NCBI RefSeq assembly: GCF_000281045.1
Contig: NW_008246069.1
Span: 761,274-825,273 of the forward strand
Origin: Saprolegnia diclina VS20
Taxonomy: Eukaryota
DNA length: 64,000 nt
Reading direction: 5' to 3'
Positions 60,862 through 64,000 of the stretch are shown piece by piece. A program made the translations under genes and the position numbers. A model generated the notes under the pieces. It had not been told where the DNA came from. It saw only the letters and a list, made by a program, of their open reading frames with translations, and ran no database searches. The stretch's first letter is position 1. Each line of letters begins with the position of its first letter.

Positions 60862-62668
60862 ATGGCCAACGCGACCGAAGCGTACGACGCCAACGCGTTC
60901 TTCCACGCGGGCTTCGACCCGGCCGTCTCGGTCTTCGGGAGCCTCGGGTTCGTCGCCGCCAACGTCGTGCTCGCGCTCCTCATCGAGCACGGGCTCAAGC
61001 TCGTCGAGAAGGTCGTCGAGCACCATCCGACGTACTTTCGCCTCCTCACCAAGATGTACCAAGGTACGCCTGGCGCCGCCTGGCCTATCGACTTACCATG
61101 CATATAGAGCTCATGGTCGGTGGCTTCACGGCCTTTGTCTCCAAGCGCATCCAGCAGTGGAACGTCCTCTCGTCCGACGACGAGCAAATGGTCAACTCGT
61201 CCGATGACATGGTGCTCTACTACGGCCTCGCGATCGCGCTGCAGTCCATGGTCATGTTCTGGCGCCTCCGCAAGCACAATTCGCAGGTTGACAAACTCTC
61301 GCTCCTCACGGCGCAGGAGCTCTACAACGAGGTGACGGCGAACGACGACACGAGCTCGTCCGCCCTCCCGAGCATCTATCACTCGGTCATCAAGATGAAG
61401 ATCGTCCGCCGGTACTTCCTCAACGCGCACCAACTGCCAGAGCTCTTTTCATTCCCCAAGTACCTCCGCGCGATCCAGGACTCGGAGATCATCCAGCTCT
61501 TCGACATTGAGCTCTTTGCGTGGCTCCTCCTCGTGGGTATCTACGTGGGCTTCTTTGCAGTTTGCGGCGCCGTCGACCACATTCTATTGGCGCCCGAGAG
61601 CACGCTCACGTACGTCGATGCCGAGCACGTTCTGCGCACGCGCCTCCTCGTGCTCTTTGTCTTTATCGCCTGCCTCGGGCTTGTCATGTGCCTCCTCAAC
61701 GTGTACCTCAAGCGCTGCGTGCACTGGATCGTCGTGCAGGCCAGCAACAGCGCGGCCGAGGACCACCACCTTGTCGCAGCCCTCGGACGCATCGCCACCG
61801 AGGTACTACGGGCGTCTTCGATGTAAACTGAGGGCGTGCTTAGGAAGCGCACTTGATCCAAGATGAGACCACCGAGTCGGCAATCGCACGCATGACGACG
61901 GTGGCCAACAGTCTGAGTGAAAAGCCCGACCACTCGACCATCTGGGGGCTGCTCCAGACGCTGTTTCGCAAAGTCACGGGCCGCCAGCACACGCGGGACC
62001 CCAAGCTGCAGATCGCCAAGCTCCACTTGCCCTTCTTTTCCCGCAAGCTCCTCCACGTCTTCATCAAGCTCCTCCTCAACATGAACGCCATGTATTTTGC
62101 GCTCGTGCTCCAGAGCTTCTTTACGATTCTGCGGCCATCGATCGCGTACCCGACCCAGATCTGGTATCCTGTGATCCTACTCGCGCTCACCTTGGCGCTG
62201 GGCGTCAACTCGGCCATCTTTGGCCCGCGCATTGTCGGCCGCATGGCGCTCGTGAACGCGACCGTCCGCGTCAACGCTGCCGAGCTCAAGCGCTCGGTCG
62301 AGCATTTCACCGAAGTGCTCGAAATCCAAGAGAAGATGGTCGCCGCGCTCGTCAAGTACACGGCGACGCACCTCAAGTCGCTCGAAGACATGCAAGACGA
62401 GCTCAAGCTCCACGACGACAAGCACTCTGGCTACATTGAGATCGACGTCCTCCGCCGCACGATAAAGCGCTACGGCTTCAAGTTTTCCAAGAACAAGTTC
62501 AACACGTTCATTCGGCTCCAGTTCAAAACCAAAGGCACGACCGTGCAGTACGAAACGTTCCTCAAAGTCCTTCACCGCACGATCGAGAAGAACGACTATG
62601 GCGCGCACGCCACGTACAACAATTCGCCCACGCTCACGTCCAAGGTCTCGTTTGCCGTGTCCAAATAA
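60862..62668 (+). CDS. MLO-like multi-TM protein with C-terminal EF-hand-like domain, paralog B
   Basis: IEHGLKLV..LTKMYQELMVGGF, RRYFLNAH..FSFPKYLRA, LPFFSRKLL..NMNAMYF; EF-like DDKHSGYIEIDVL. Confidence 0.75.
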
Positions 62669-63448
62669 ATCAAGACAACTTGTCTTTACCTATGGTCAAT
62701 GTAGCTGTATGCTTTTGGTCAGCATCAGCCATCGGCATCACGCAACGACACACTGCCAGCCATCGCACACTTGCGGGATACGTCAAGATGACGCTGTCGT
62801 GCAGCGTAGTAGTGACGTGGTTGCTGTCATAAACTCTCGATGGTTTGGCGCGTGACGGGTCTGACGATGTTATGACGACTGGCAGCAACCAGCAATTCAC
62901 ACAAGACTGACGTCGTCAAACTATGTTCCCGCCGATGCTAGCGCCGAGACCCATCTTGGCTGACGTACCTTTTTCAAGAAGCTGGTGGCTGCCAGACCAA
63001 GGGCCCGGTTGTTTGTGCTATAATACATACAGTAATCGAACACGTGATTGTTTGCGTACAGCCTTGTCAGCTTTGTACTGCGCTGAGCCACGACAGATGC
63101 AGTGGTGTTTCTATGCTCTTGTGGTTGGGTTAGGAAATGTATCCTTGAATCGTATGGTCACAGACGGGTAGATGCAGTCACGTCGGTGGCGTAGCAGCGT
63201 CCGGTGAATGAAGGTCGCTCGGCATATTGGCGGCTCGTATGCAGAGCTCATCCATCACTGATGGATGAGCTCTGCCGATGGGCGGTCGACGGTGGGCCCA
63301 GCTGACGCGCCACATCGGAGCCATCGTTGACGTAGTCGATGATATCTTTGGCATTTTTTGCATTTGAATAAAAATACTTTGAAATTTGTAAAGAGGTGGA
63401 TACAGCTCGCCGATTGGCCACGATCCCACGGAGTCGAGATAGTGCAAT

Positions 63449-63464
63449 CTCATTGTGCCATTTC
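63449..63464 (+). promoter_or_regulatory. Inr/FPR-like core promoter element
   Basis: CTCATTGTGCCATTTC just upstream of the ABCC ATG at 63475. Confidence 0.45.
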
Positions 63465-63474
63465 CGGACGACGG

Positions 63475-64000
63475 ATGGGATCCTCAGAGCACCGACGCCT
63501 GCTGGGGCCGTCGCCCCTGAGCGACCGCTGCCCCGCAGACGTAAGCGGCCCATGGAGCGTCATCTTCTTTTCGTGGCTCACGCCGCTGCTCAACCTTGGC
63601 AACGCCCGCCGGCTCGAGTTTGACGACCTCTTTTTACTCAACCCCGCGGACCGCGCGACGACCGCTGCCAGCGTCTTCCATGCGCAGTGGGCGCTCGAGC
63701 GTGCGCATTCGTCACCGCCCAAGCTCTGGCGCGCCTTTTCCCGCGGGTACTCGCGACCGGTCGTCGTCGCGGGCGTTCTCAAGGTCTTTCATCTGGCGTT
63801 CCAGTTCATTGGACCTATCTTGATCAAGCACCTCGTCGCATATCTTGGCGACCCGTCGGGGCCACTCGAGATTGGGTTGTACTACACGCTGGCCGTGTTT
63901 GTGTCTGGCATTTTGCAGTCGCTCGCGCTTCGGCAGTACTATTACGTTTGCTACGAAGTGGGGCTGCGGCTTCGGTCGGCCGTCGTCATGGCCGTCTACG
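63475..64000 (+). CDS. ABC transporter family C (MRP-like), 5' partial
   Basis: IFFSWLTPLLNLGNARRLEFDDL, QFIGPILI, GLRLRSAVVMAVY; frame open to the window end. Confidence 0.88.
   Translation, partial: MGSSEHRRLLGPSPLSDRCPADVSGPWSVIFFSWLTPLLNLGNARRLEFDDLFLLNPADRATTAASVFHAQWALERAHSSPPKLWRAFSRGYSRPVVVAGVLKVFHLAFQFIGPILIKHLVAYLGDPSGPLEIGLYYTLAVFVSGILQSLALRQYYYVCYEVGLRLRSAVVMAVY

Overview
Gene-dense eukaryotic DNA, GC-rich in the coding regions, with many 40-70 nt spliceosomal introns. Gene content and Inr-like TCATT promoter motifs point to an oomycete, probably Saprolegniales (inferred). About 30 protein genes can be reconstructed by hand splicing. They include a DHHC acyltransferase, an amino-acid transporter, a CRIB-RhoGAP, SEL1/HRD3, PDI-C, a GNAT, a PI4K-gamma-like kinase, a PKG-like kinase, two tandem PPEF phosphatases, a bZIP, PACRG, a MAPKK, a sedolisin, a HAD phosphatase, a DysF protein, RP2, a pepsin-like protease, two MLO-like/EF-hand paralogs and a partial ABCC transporter. 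The most striking system is an ~11 kb receptor-kinase cluster (35.7-46.5 kb). It holds three TKL receptor kinases sharing a 12-cysteine ectodomain I do not recognise, a transmembrane pseudokinase with almost no ectodomain, a kinase-less paralog of that pseudokinase, and a 594 bp TA-flanked MITE. Also notable: a U12-type AT-AC intron in the MAPKK, head-to-head MLO/EF-hand fusions, a His-for-Asn bZIP, and a recurrent TCCGGATA motif just upstream of start codons. No rRNA, tRNA or CRISPR array was seen. Exon boundaries and some start codons are manual predictions, and no database searches were run.
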